From the NCBI GenBank assembly GCA_001949185.1, contig BDGG01000003.1, positions 2,359,663 to 2,423,662 on the forward strand: a stretch of DNA of 64,000 nucleotides. The letters are read 5' to 3'. The notes beneath the pieces are model-generated. The model saw only the letters and a program-made list of their open reading frames with translations. It ran no database searches and was not told the DNA's origin. Positions 46,028 to 58,720 of this stretch are shown in pieces. The stretch is from Ramazzottius varieornatus (taxonomy: Eukaryota > Animalia > Tardigrada). Both the position numbers and the translations under genes were made by a program. Positions within the stretch are counted from its first letter, which is position 1. Each line of letters begins with the position of its first letter.

Positions 46028-49000
46028 TTATGCAGCCCCAATAGCATTTATTGGAACAGTCAGGGTTGCCATGCTCGCTTCCTGCTGCGGAGGCTCCGCG
46101 GTGGGTTTCTCTCCGGAGGTTACTTTCTTCCTGTGACTAACCTGGTGTAGATGTCGTACTTTGGGTCTAAAAAACATAGCGAGACAGTAGTCATATCACA
46201 ATATAGAATAATATAGCCTGAGCTAACCCAGCCCTAGTGATGCTTTTTACCTGTCCACTACGACGTAAGTCGGCCCTGTTATGTTCAGGAGTGGGTTGGC
46301 GTTATTCTTTTGTAGAATATTATCAGTAACGGCCTTATCTTTGATATAGTCTTTTATGAGCTCCTCTAGCTTCGCATTCTGTTTCGTCAGCTCTCTGATC
46401 TCGTACGACCGCGCAATGTTCTTTAGCTCCATGTGGGCGTTGTTCATCAAGCAGGGACCCATCCGCGCAATGTCCTTTGCACTCTGCCACATGACACTCA
46501 AGTTTTATACAGTATGCGTAGATCGAAGCACAAACTCTTCCCCAAACGGTAAACTGCATACCTCATTTATAGGGAACTTTGGTATCCTGGCCTTCAGGCT
46601 TTCCAGGTTTGCTTCTTCTTCCCTGGTAAGCTGCGCGGGCGACGATGCGTACAGTTTGTCATCGGGCGTCTGCATACGATGGCAAGCCAAAGCATTGCGA
46701 ACTAGTCTAACTCCCTACCAAAGTCAAGGTGGTCATTGGAAATAATACTGACGCTATTAAATACACCATGCGACGCTGGTTTTTGCTAACTGGCGCTTTT
46801 GGTCATGGCGACCGTTTGACCGTTTTTTGACATGAGGATCTCGGGAACATTCAGATACACGTACACTTAAAGATGGCACGCTTGGCACACAAACCGGAAG
46901 TTTGACCAGTGGCTGAACGGTGATCATGACCCCAGCTTTACCTGAAGCAAACTTGGCGATGGCGCCAACTAATTAATTGCGTTAGTCATCGTACAAAGCC
47001 GGTCGACGCAGCTCAGCATTGTACGAAGTGCCTTTGCCCTAACATACTGAGGCACTAACGTTACAGCCACGAGATTCATGGTGCGTTACTGACTGCGCAT
47101 TGACTCGTGACGGGAGTACTCTGTGCGGGACTTCACGAAAACGAGCATGTAACACATAAAATATTTCAAGTTTATTTTAGCGCAAAAAATCCCTCCAAAA
47201 TCCTCAATCTCGATATAAATTTTGACCAACCGATAATCACATCAAGTTAATCGAGGACCGTGGTATTTGAATCTTGAGAATTCAGGTACTTGACTTATTT
47301 TACACTGGCGAAATTAACTTTAAAAATGACAGCTTTGTATTCCGGACCCTGGGCGCTAAAATCTATATTCCTGTGATTCCCAAATAAAGTGGCTTCCTCG
47401 TTTGTGCTGCTGGCTACTGAGCTCTGTTTCATCTACCGATGAGTGGTACTTTTAGCCTCCTGGCCAATCGATCCAACATTCTTTATGGATTCGTTTACGG
47501 CCACAGTTCTTAGTTCGCGAGGCGGTCAACTTGGCCGTTTTAGAAAGTAAAGATCAGCTCTTGATCATCCCGCTACGGGGGAAGATCAACTGATAGGATC
47601 TCTGATCCTCAGTATGTACGATCCTCCACACGCGTGAAATCGTCCCGGGTAGTGAGCACGCGGCAGACCGGTCAATCAACGGTCAGCTTTCAATCAGTCA
47701 GACAGATTTGCGCCATGAGTACATAATCAGATAATCGATGACACGCTGGGCTAACCGTGTGTGATACTGCACATTAATGCTAGACTGATTGCGGCTGACC
47801 GTTGATTGGCCGGTCTGCCGCGTGCTCACTACCCGGGACGGATTCACGCGTACGACTGTGTGGAGGATCGTACATACTGAGAATCAGAGATCCTATCAGT
47901 TGATCTTCCCCCGTAGCGGGATGATCAAGAGCTGATCTTTACTTTCTAAAACGGCCAAGTTGACCCGCCTCGCGAACTAAGAACTGCGGCCGTAAAAGAA
48001 TCCATAAAGAATGTTGGATGGGTTGGCCAGGAGGCTAAAAGTACCACCCATCGGTAGATGAAACAGAGCTTAGAGAGTATACTCCAGATAACTGTATCCA
48101 GCCGTTTAGAACGTACGTCCAACACCCCTCCAGAAAAAGTCGTTTCCTGAACAATTTGGAAATTTGCCAAAAAATGCCACATAGGAAAAACCAGCGTCAT
48201 AATGACTATCGTAAATGACACGTCTTACGAGTTTTTCCAAATCGAACAACTGATCATGAACATTCTGGAAGTTCAAGGTCATTTCTCGGTGAGCCTTCTG
48301 GAAGCGCGCATTGCCCAAACGGATCCGTCGTTTAACCAGACCGGTGACTGCCTTGAGACGACCTTTGAGCTGGAAGAGAGATCTCCATGAAGTTAGTCCA
48401 CACGGTCGGTTGTAACGTTGAGTACCTGTTCCCAGTAACGCATCTTAATTTCCGCGGTCCGCCGGAAGTTTGCCAGCTTAGACTTGCGCATAGTGACTTG
48501 TTGCTACAAACTAAATCCTCTTTTAACCCAGAACTCCATATCAAGAAACCGTATGAAGAAAGGCTTTCTTACTGACAGCATGCTGATTCGCATGACTTGG
48601 TACTTGACTTCCTTCGAGCTGATTTCGTCCTTCGCCCGAAGCTCCTGGTAGCGAACCAGCTTCTCTTCAGTTCGATTCCGGTACTTGATGTATTCGTCCT
48701 CTATCTTTTGGTACAAATCTGAAATCACTTGTTCCATCTGGATCCTTAAGATTTGCTTTTCCTCCATGATCTGTCGAATAAGACATTAAGAATACAACAA
48801 AGTTTCCAAAAGATTCTGCGTAAACTTACTCGGTTCTTGATTTCGTCCAGCGATGTTAGAAACTTGGTCCGCCGTTCAGTTTCTTCCTCCGACCACTCTT
48901 CATCCAGAATTTTCTTCATCACTTCTAGCTTTCTCATGTCGTCATCGTTCTGTTTGCTCAACATGTTCGTCTTGGCACATAGTTCAGCCAGCAGGGTGCG

Positions 49001-49510
49001 CAAGCTACCGTAGAACTCTTCCTCCATGAACTTGCGCAGGTCGTCGTGCATCTCCACTAACCGGCTCAACGCCGCTGTATGGCGTCGAGCTAGCCCTTCC
49101 TCCTGTTCGAAAGCCTCACGCATGTCATTCATTAGGAAATGCAGCAAGTCCCCCCGTCGGTCAATTTCTTGCTCAACGTGTAACGCTTCTTGGCGCATGG
49201 CTTCATGGAGTTCCCTTCGCTTGACTCGTCGAAGGTGCGGACGATGCTGGTTGAGCACTTGATTAAAGGAATTCTTTGCCAAGTTGTATTCGAAATACGC
49301 GTTATCCTAAGAACAAAATTTGCTTTAAAATCGGAATCTATAATTAGTATTAATAGCAGAAAAGCCAGAAGAACTTCTGCGCGAAGCTGAACAAACCTCT
49401 AAGAACGTATGGACTGCGGTATGCCGCCGCCATGACCGCACCCATGGCTCCATATTTCCTTTCTTTTTCCCCTTCCCTTTCCCTTCATGTCCTCCCTGCT
49501 TCTTCGGCAT
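46028..49510 (-). CDS. CCDC65: Dynein regulatory complex subunit 2 (CCDC65), multi-exon with ~1.5-kb intron (~46715-48222)
   Basis: MPKK..KGKGKK start; coiled coils matching DRC2 as remembered (LRRVKRRELH...DMREAFEQE...RRH..AL..L; MEEKQILRIQME; ELRAKDEISSKEV; GVRLVRNALACHRMQTPDDKL; NAKLEELIKDYI...NPLL). Confidence 0.8.
47420..48070. mobile_element. ~650-bp foldback (long-TIR) non-coding element in CCDC65 intron
   Basis: 47420-~47700 and ~47783-48070 are highly similar reverse complements with a few substitutions and indels; short loop; no ORF. Confidence 0.85.
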
Positions 49511-49947
49511 TCCAGAGCGCTAGCTGTAAGACGCAGTATGCTCAGTCCAGACACTCCTCAACACAAGCCTATCACGCGAAAGTCTGCAGCTCTCGTCGTA
49601 ATCGTCAACAAGGAAGTCCTTGGCTGGGATTTACAGCTTACGCGTGCAAACATACAAGTAAATCCTACAACCGAAATTATTCCTTTGGCCTGTTGCTGAT
49701 TCTAGGGCCGAACTACAACGAGCGAAGGCAACGAGCGCACCTGCCAACTTTCCCTGGCTGACCAGAAAACATCAGCGTCATCTCCGAGCAACTTCCCTCT
49801 TTTATTATCATCCGGCGTACGCCAAGACCGTAGAATACGCATGGTTCAAAATTTTTTCTACATTTGTCACAAAGCCTAAAAGAGAGCCGTACAAAATCAA
49901 ATGAGAATTCAAAAAGGCCGACATCTATATCAAAGTAAAGAGCTGTA

Positions 49948-51315
49948 TTACTTCATTCGGCTTCGGCTAGGTGCCATGGCGTCTCCAATAGCACTGTAAG
50001 TTCCGTTCGATCCGGAAGGATTCATCACAGCATTTCTCAGCAGAGTATTCTCCGTCCTCAGTGCATTATTCTCATATTCCAACGAAACCATTCTCTCCTT
50101 GAGTAGCCTCGTTTGGTTCATTACTTGGTCCAGGTCCGAGTTGACAGCCATCAAGACATGTTCCGTCACCAATGACATGCATTTCTGGATCTTGGCTTCT
50201 ATCCTGTCAAATCCTTCAGCTTTGCCCAAGCCCGTTCCTGGTGAGCTACTCGCAGGTGTTCCACCTCCTGGTGGGGCCTCCCAGACTTTATCGATCATTT
50301 CAGCGAAGTACGTCTCACCTTTTGGTCTCGGATTGAGCGGATCCGAAGCTTTCCTTGAATGGGTTCCACCAGCCGTTGGAGTGGGACTAGCGCGGGCGGA
50401 AGTCGACTCGTTGACGGGTAAGCTCCGCCTGTGCCCGTTGACGTCACTCTGGGCAGCTTCAGTCGGCACGGCCTTGAGAGATCCATCGGCTGAGTAGGAC
50501 AGGAGAGTGGGGTAGTTTGGGCTCGGTGGCGTACTGTTAGCTGGCATCGGGAACTTACTGGGTACTTCCGGCGAATTGGGAGTGACGTTGGCAGGTGAGT
50601 TGGGCGGAGCAGGTGAGCGGGTACGAGGAAGTGCCAGTCCAGCACGTGGCGAAGAGGCGCCTGTGGACGTCAAGTGCAGGTTGTGCTGGACAGTGGGTAG
50701 AGCCGTGCCGCTATTGGGCTCCGGCGCGGTCTCGACAGCCGGTGTCACTGTGATACCTGCAACTGGAGTAGCGGTTGGCGTCGTATTCACTTCCTTGTCT
50801 TTAGTGAGCTCCACGCTAGTTTGAGTCAGCACTGGAGTATGCATTCGACTGCCATCTTTTCCGGGGAGATCATGGAAGTCGAAGCATGTAAATCGGCCGC
50901 GAACATAGGGAATCTTGTCGCCGAGCTTGACTACCTTGAAGCGCGAACTGCGGTTCTGGTCCGTTGCGGAGATGGCCAGACTTAACGATTCACTGCGACA
51001 CGACATCTGGTCTGCTCGGTCCGAATCTTGACGACTGTTTCGCTCGGACTCGCTTAGATGTGACAGGTTTCCGCCGCGCTTCCGTACCACCATCGTTGTC
51101 TTGATTAGCTTCAGGTTGCCCGGGTCTCCGACTCCTTCGATCTTCACGCCGTTCGTCGAGGAAGTGATGATCTCGAGGCTCTTGGACGAGTCATCCGAAG
51201 TGGAAGAGTCTTCGGATTTGTAGGTAAAGAGTACACCGCGCGACATTTTGTCGGCAACGTCGATTGTATTCCCCGAGTTCGACAGCTGCATAATCACGGT
51301 AGAAGATCTGCACAA
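49948..51315 (-). CDS. TSC22 domain family long isoform (bunched A-like), single long ORF
   Basis: SRFKVVKL...PYVRGRFTCFDFHD (conserved motif 2 of long isoforms) and TSC box/leucine zipper IEAKIQKCMSLVTEHVLMAV...LEYENNALRTENTLLR. True start may be an internal Met or an upstream exon. Confidence 0.9.
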   Translation of the reverse strand: MCRSSTVIMQLSNSGNTIDVADKMSRGVLFTYKSEDSSTSDDSSKSLEIITSSTNGVKIEGVGDPGNLKLIKTTMVVRKRGGNLSHLSESERNSRQDSDRADQMSCRSESLSLAISATDQNRSSRFKVVKLGDKIPYVRGRFTCFDFHDLPGKDGSRMHTPVLTQTSVELTKDKEVNTTPTATPVAGITVTPAVETAPEPNSGTALPTVQHNLHLTSTGASSPRAGLALPRTRSPAPPNSPANVTPNSPEVPSKFPMPANSTPPSPNYPTLLSYSADGSLKAVPTEAAQSDVNGHRRSLPVNESTSARASPTPTAGGTHSRKASDPLNPRPKGETYFAEMIDKVWEAPPGGGTPASSSPGTGLGKAEGFDRIEAKIQKCMSLVTEHVLMAVNSDLDQVMNQTRLLKERMVSLEYENNALRTENTLLRNAVMNPSGSNGTYSAIGDAMAPSRSRMK

Positions 51316-53041
51316 ATGAGAACACTACACAGAAGGTATCGGAGCATGTCTGGCCGAGCTTTTGAACCTCGCAAAGACGGATCTACGCAAAAAATATTTC
51401 CACAACCACGACCACGAGTTTGCTTAGCTCGTGTGTTTGTCTGTGTTGATTCAGGGGACCCAAAAATAATATATCAATAAATGACAGCACATGCAGTCGA
51501 CCGTGACTTAACAAGGTTGTGCGAAGGAGTACGAAGCGACCTTCATGCACCGCGACCGCAAGTCTGCAACTTTCCAGAATACCCCACAGCAAACAGGATC
51601 GATTTTACAATTATAGACCAGACTAGACTCACCTCCACAAAGGTCTTTGAAGGAAAACGAAAAATCCCTATCGAGCAAGAGAGTACGCTTTTCTTCCTTC
51701 CGCATCAATATGCTCTTCGGCAGATAATGATTTTCGGATTGATTGCTTTAACAACTGTTCCTCATCAACGGCTTCCTGTGCATAACGATCTCCGACTTAC
51801 CGTACATCTACTGAAGGCTCTTTTCACATCAGCTGGCTGGCTCCGGAGCCGTGTGCATATCTGCCGGCGTGGAAGCGACGTCGCAGTGTCTTCGACATTG
51901 GAAGTTGGTGAACCTGCCAAGTATAAACCAACCTACGCATGTGACGGTTTAAACATAGCCATAGCTTCCTCGAATATTCCGCTCTTGGCAGCACAAATTG
52001 CTTACCTGCAATGTCACTTCGCCTGCAAGTTCATCCGGTACATCGCTCAAAATAAACATGGGGGGATAATCGCCAAAACAAATAGGTGCACCCCATTCTG
52101 ATAGGTGTGTGGCTGGACGACACGCGCGGCGCATGTACGAAATAACTCCGCGCGGCGCGCGCGGACTATCACCCACTTTTCCCGATGTTCCGGCTCCGGG
52201 CTTCTTTCCGTCTGACAGCGTGGACTCGCGGCTTTCGTACAAAGACGGAGAGAGTCAGGAATGTAGAATCCCGACAGTTTACAAAAGCAACGACGATTCT
52301 GGGAGTAACCATAGTCTAGAGCACCCGGATATACCTCGTTGGCCCGCAGCGCAGCTGAGCGTAGAAATCACTGGCAAGTAACAGTAGAACCAAAACAAAC
52401 CACAGTGCACCACTGGCGATTCCCCTGTGCTACTGCTAACGTTAACACCATACGGGTAAGCGGCTACGGATAGGCTTTGGCGCAGTTTAGGGTGTTTTGC
52501 TACAGCTAATCGAGGAGGACAATCCTGCTTCGTTTCCGATCCATCAAATCAACTCTCTGAATGCGAGGCAACCACCGAAGGCAGTTCCATAGTCGTAGTC
52601 CCCACTGCCCAGTCAGCGGCAGTCACTAATAAGAATAAGTTTGCCGCGCCCTTGTACCAAAGATCTTCGTGCCACTAACACGAACAAAGCTTGTCCGAAG
52701 CTTCATTTGATTTTACTTATCAGAAATCTCGCACGATCCATAAAATCGTAAAAGAATAAAACGGGAATACGGGAAAAGCTTACAGACAGACAGGAATACT
52801 ACAGACTAGTCAGGAACAGGAGGAGGTCCACGCGATAGATTACCACTACAAAAGCCAGGACGGACTTCAAAGAAGCGAGATCACATGGGAAAGAAAGATT
52901 ATTTCGCATCCCTATCCGAAAGAGAAAGATGTCGTTGTTTAACTATTCTGAAAGATCCTACCTGTCTAGAAAGCTGTACAAAAGAGAAAACTCTTTACAG
53001 AATAAAATCTCAGTTTATTTAATTATTTTCTAATTTTCTTG

Positions 53042-55987
53042 CTATACTGAAATCTCCCCAAAATTACCCTGATGAGCTTTCGGTCTTTGTTGATCCCCTG
53101 TTGAATTTTCGTTATTCTTGGCCAGCAGCGCCAAGTGTTCGATCGAGTCCGTCGTTTCCAACGCTTGGACAAAGGATCTCGGCCTAGTCTTCCGGTTCTT
53201 TTCCAGCACCGCCAGCGACGGCTGACTACTGACGATCGCCGGGTTCTTCCTGTACATGACGATCGGCAGGTCTTCCGTGTTGAGGTTCGATGTACTGACT
53301 GCTTTCGAAGACGTTACTAGCGGCGAATACGTCGAATGCGCTTCCCTGCCCGCCCTCAACGTCCCACCAACATCGTCTTTCAGCATATTCCCATAGGCTT
53401 TACTCTTCCTCGTGGGATGCCGAGGCGAGTTAATGTTCCGACCATCAACCGCTCGGAACATCCGCTGCTGGAAGTCTTCCGAGGTGGACGGGGGTGTGGG
53501 CGTGGAAGCTAGGCTCGACGTCAAGTACGAGTCCTGCCTTGAGTGAGTGTCTGGATGTGTCGTGGGAGGTCTGTTGTCTGCCAGCCGGACTGTGCGGCTA
53601 CTCGTGTAAGAAGAGACCTCGCTGCTGCCTGTGTGGTAGCCACCCTCGGAGTTGTGACTGCTTACGGAAGCTGTGGGTGCTCGGCTGTTGAGTTCTGCAA
53701 TGACCGGTTGCATTTTGTGCTTCATGATTGACTGAAGAGGTTTAGGTGCAATTTGCGGTTTGTCTGGTGTATGTAAGTCAGGGTCATTATTATGCTCGGG
53801 GAAATTAGTAGTCGCAGGCGAGTGTTGATTATCGTACGGCGGACTGCGAGCCGGCTTGAAAGCATAAGATGGATGCGATTGCGACAGCACCGGCTTGGGT
53901 AATACTGGCGGCGGGTTCTACATTACAACATAAGCAGTTAGCATGTGATGATAGCTCAAAATTTGAAAGCGCGTGTTTGCCATATCCTCTCTTGAAATTC
54001 CGACCATTCATAGGATGTAGGCAAGTGACGTGAGCCAGATTGGCATCAAGCACCGCATGTTTGCACTGCTGTTGGCTGGTAGAGTGCGCCAGTTGGAAAG
54101 ACGATTTCGTTCAAGTCATTTGCCAAAATCCCATGGGATCATCGGAACAGAGCTGTCGGTAAACCGTCGGCTTCCGTCGGCACGAAACTGCAGAGCGCGT
54201 GCTGGCCAAGAGCTGGAGACATTTCCGTTACCTGGTTTTTAGGAGGAGAAGCGTCACTGAAGTCCGTCGTGTCAAGCCTAACTTGCGTCGGTGACGAAGA
54301 CGGGGAAAAGGGAGCGCGTTCGTCTGTCTTTTGTACTGCGGCATATTGCTGTTCACGCATGAGGAGATGCCTGAGCAAAATAATAATTTTCAACCTAGCG
54401 TAAACGTATGGGGCCATAAAAAGTAAAATGCATGCTCGGGTAAAAATACGAGACCTCACAACTCTTCACCGTTCAACGTACTTTCCATACAATGGCCCAC
54501 AAAATGTAGTACCACAGTTAGTCAGGCATCCTTGATCGTAGGGATTCACCGAGTTTTTGAACTTGGATGTCACCTGCGAATACACGAAGGTAGGGCTGCG
54601 GATGAAAATAGAGATATGAGAAGAGACGACTTCGGTTTTACCTGTTCATTCGTTGTGTTGGCTTTGGCTACCAAATGAAAATGGAAAAACATCAGGCCAG
54701 ATACGGGAAATATCATCAGGCCAATGAAGCACATGAGCGTAATCCTGCAGAACAGATGTAAAAACAGGTCATGATGAAAGCAAAAAAAATGGTTCGTCAT
54801 CGATCGAATGCGGAGTGGAAATTATCTTACGACGTAATGTTCACCGGATGGTGAAGTAGCTCTTGCTCGGTGAGCACTTGATGAAGGCAGCCGAGGAAGG
54901 CCAGGATCATGTGTAGTACCAGGGACATGAGAAAATAGAGAAAGTAGCGGTAGTTCCTTCGGCCGACACAGTTGGCGACCCACGGACCTGTAACATAAGA
55001 GACATGTTGTGGCCTTAGTTCATTCCTAGAAGTACATTCAATCCACGAAACCTGACACCCCAAATTACCACTCGAAGTAATCGGCTTATAGCTGCATATC
55101 TGATCTTTGACATCTAAACTCTAAAGCTGCCTCGAAAATTGAAGCAGGGCGAGAAAGGGTGAGGCCAAAACGGCAGAACCACAAGCCCTGTCAATCATTC
55201 TGGAGCAAGAAAGAGCCGGTTAGGTCCGCGCCCGACACAGACTTGACCGGCAATTGGACCATTACGTCATGCGTATACCACAGCAGCGACCACCGCATTC
55301 CGCGTCAGCGCCCGATTTAACTCACGCATGATGTCGGCTAACTCGATTTACAACGCTGCCAATCAACAATCAACTTACAGTGATGGTCGAAAACCTGCAA
55401 AATCGAGCTGTGTTCAGCAGAGCAATCCATTTCCATTCGGAACGGGAAACACAAAACATACCTCGATACATCTGTTGCAGGTGCTGCAATGAGAAGTCCG
55501 CGGTGGGCGATAGAGATTACAGGTGACACACCACTTCAGCCTGACTTGAACACCATTTATGTCCACAGTTTTGTACAGCGGTGATTTGAAATCATCGGTG
55601 GGAATTTCGTCGTGTTGTGCTGCAAACCAACTCTTCGTTTTCTAGCCCGATAACGAAATCGGGCGTGATGCATGTATTAGTACCTCTTGGGAGAAATCCC
55701 GGATCCATGAATGTAGCAACAGCGAAATTGGCCAAGACGACGGCGAATATTGCTCCTTGAACGATGGGGATCGCAATATGTATCTTATGAGCAATCGAGA
55801 CTCCCCTGAAAGAAAATACGTATTTACTTCTTGCCTTCGTATGTATATCAGCATCGAAAAATGCTTACGGGAATATGAAGTAAGCGGTAGAAGCAGTGAT
55901 CAGCAGTCCCCACGCTAATAATGCTGGAACAAATCGGCTCAACTTCCGTCGCCTCCGTGGAGTCGGTAGATCCATGTCCATATCCAT
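53042..55987 (-). CDS. ZDHHC8: Palmitoyltransferase of the ZDHHC5/ZDHHC8 group, multi-exon
   Basis: ATFMDPG; [66 protein letters not shown]; TTNEQV motif; long disordered tail ending in a PDZ-ligand-like EISV. Confidence 0.93.
54047..54095. repeat. Palindromic element copy 14 (ZDHHC intron)
   Basis: CAAGCACCGCAT-N25-GTGCGCCAGTTG with typical spacer (tgctgttggctgg) and flank acgatttcgttcaagtcatttgcc. Confidence 0.8.
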
Positions 55988-56531
55988 GTTCCTCGAGCTC
56001 TGCCGCGCGTCTGATAGTTCAAGCAATAGTGGTCGATGTGTTCCGAAACTGATAGAAGGTAAACATTGATATCTCGAGGAGTATATTTACAAAAAGAATT
56101 AAACTAGTCGAAAGCTGAGGAATGCGTTCCTTATGGTTTGGAATTTGGATTTCAGACCATGTCCTACCGTCCTACGAAATTATGCCCTTTGCGATGGGAA
56201 CCCCCCGGCTGAGAGCCCCACGGCCCAGAGTATCGGGGAACTCTAGGGAGCTTGGGTGGGAGAGCGGGAAGAGTATGAAAATTTTGACCCCGCGTAGCCC
56301 GCTTCGAATTACCTGACGTCTCGATCGATTCGAACTCACTTCATCTGTATGACGTCCTTCAATAACGACTCGACTATAGAAAGTCAGAAACGATTGTGGA
56401 AAACTTGAATAAATTTCCGGCCTTTTTTGACGTTCACTGTCTGTACGAGTGTCGGAGTACGAGTATCCCGTCTTCCCGTTTTAATTCCGCTTGCTATTCT
56501 TTCGAGTTACCCGAGCTAGTACATCAGCGAA

Positions 56532-57239
56532 GATGGCATCCTCGGATCTTGTGTGGGCTATTATTCGAGATAACCATGCCTTCCTCAAGCATCAACGTGG
56601 AATCCGGAAGACGTTTAGTCTGGTAAGCTCGTAGTTATTGAGCCGATAAACATTCATGCTTTTCAGATCTTACCTGCGCTGTTTGTTACGTTAGGAAGCT
56701 GGAAACCTCAAGAATTTCAACTCTCCCAGATACTGCGGATTCAATAACAGGACGTCGATCGACATCAAAGCTGCCGTTGATGGCAAAGGCCTCGTCCTGA
56801 CCACAACTCACCCTGTTGGTAAGTGCGGTTGATTGTTGATTGTCTCCAGGAACCGAACTGTATCTGAATCTTTTCCGTGACTTGCACACTTAGGGAAGTT
56901 AAGAATTGTTCTTGTTCAGGTACACGCATGGTGAAGAAGGCCACCTCGACAGTTTCGCTGAAAAAGAACCCTCGACGCGTTTACAGGAGCATTCGCAGCG
57001 GTTTGAAGGGCAAGAAGGTGCAGCCCAAGATCCGAAATGTAACACTAGCTGTCACCTGTTTTCGCATGAATTTCTTGTACCACATACGCTTTATGGCCAA
57101 ATTACGGTCAGTGTTGTAACATTCTCTCTTCTTTTAGTTGGCTTTAAGAAGAGCGAGCGCCATCCTTTCCAGCCAACGAGTGAAGCCCACAGAAGCGGCC
57201 AAGCTGACTGAGAAATCGACCAAGTCGACGAAGAAGTAG
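56532..57239 (+). CDS. RPL28: 60S ribosomal protein L28 (eL28), 4 coding exons
   Basis: MASSDLVWAIIRDNHAFL..; EAGNLKNFNSPRYCGF; GKGLVL; LALRRASAILSSQR. Confidence 0.95.
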
Positions 57240-57597
57240 ACCTCTTATGAAGATGTCCTAGTTGTTCCCTTTCTCCTGATGTATCGAAGTGGAACTGTAT
57301 CTTGAAATCGAAGTAAGCAAGAAAGTGTTCTGACTTTTCTCTTTCACTGGTTGTCAACGGGAAAATGAGAACAACTTCCACCACATTTCGAAATTCCATG
57401 CTTTGGTTCGGCCATCCGTTTAGCTCAGCCAGATAGTTCCTTCTAGCGGAGAGCGAGTTAAGAGGGGGATTGTTAGTGCTCTCGTACTGTCTTACACCTT
57501 ATTATTGAAAAGGACAGTCCGAAGAAGAGTATCGGACACAGCAAGTGGCTTACCAGGCGCGCAGATTTAGCATAGGAAGGACTTCCGGTCGGAGACT

Positions 57598-57750
57598 TGT
57601 ACGGTTGTACCGGCAGGCTGTCATGTATGTACCGGTAGAGTCATTTGTACCGGCCTGCCAAATTTGCCCTACGCAGTGCCGTTTGTCAGGCCATTCCATG
57701 GTTCTTACCGGTACATCCATGCAGAGATCCATGGCAGCCTGGAGTTGTAC
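57598..57750. repeat. Degenerate palindrome with gtaccgg subrepeats
   Basis: caggctgtcatg..tgtaccggta..ggcctgccaaa is mirrored by tttgtcaggcc..taccggtaca..catggcagcctg. Confidence 0.55.
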
Positions 57751-58129
57751 GTTTTGCGTGATTTCATGAGTCCTTAACAATCTATCAGCTGCTGTAGGTG
57801 GAGCCTGTAGTGAAATATGGATAGGATGCGGCAGAGTGCGATCTACCGATTCTGGGGTCCTACTCATGCAAAAGGCTCAAGGTCTCGGGAAAGGGTGGCA
57901 ACGGTACAGCGACGAGAAACCTCTCAAAAGACGTTACTGGACCTCTTTACATACGGTAGATTCCACAGCAAATAAACTCCAAGTTCTATTGAAGAACGAC
58001 CATTGATGGTAGAAGAACGTACAGCATTCTGCGTAGAACAATCCAGCACAGTTCGCTTAGATCTCACAGTTTAGGTCATCACGTAGCAAAAGCCTCCACC
58101 AGTTTTTAGGCTGCTGGGCGGACGGTTGA

Positions 58130-58342
58130 TTAAGCATCAGAAAAGCCCGTTCCATCTTCGCCCTCGGGAGGTGGGTTCTTAAGAGCCGTCTTGTTCTTTC
58201 CGGTATGGGCTTCCTCGATCCTCGTCGCGGCGGCTTCCATGGCGTTTTGCTCTCCATGTCCTCCAAGAACTTCCGCTCGGTTATGGTCCGTTACATCGAA
58301 ATCAACCTGGTCCACCTTCTTCGCTGCGTTGATGCTTGCCAT
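58130..58342 (-). CDS. Small hydrophilic putative protein (70 aa)
   Basis: MASINAAKKVDQ...GEQNAMEAAATRIEEAHTG...; no Cys or Trp; similar to the neighbouring ORF at 58721-58960. Confidence 0.45.
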   Translation of the reverse strand: MASINAAKKVDQVDFDVTDHNRAEVLGGHGEQNAMEAAATRIEEAHTGKNKTALKNPPPEGEDGTGFSDA

Positions 58343-58720
58343 TATGAAATGTAGGGAATATGCGGGACTCGACAAGGTACAGAAAAATATTCTGAAGTAA
58401 CCGGTAATGCTTGAGAAATTTCAAATGTCCGTTCTTAGTGGCTGCGGACCTACACCCACTTTGTAATTTTATTTCTCAACCGCAATAGGAAGTTTGCCTG
58501 GAGCGCCTTATTCGACGGAATGCCGGCAGCGGGTTCTGTCAATACTTCGAACGGAACATCAGCATACAGGGAAGACTGTGATTCATCAAGGGTTTCTAGG
58601 TGAGTTCAATAGAGACGAGTGGGATTTTGCCATCAAAATAATCGAACCAGAGTTGTTTACACAAAAAGAGAAGCACCGTTCGAGTATTCTCTTCGTACAT
58701 CCAAGACCATCCAGCCAAGT

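Noticed and set aside
52147-52165. GC hairpin tccgcgcg-gcg-cgcgcgga as a Helitron 3' end
   Set aside because: No CTRR terminus at the expected distance and no other Helitron features; may simply be a promoter GC element.
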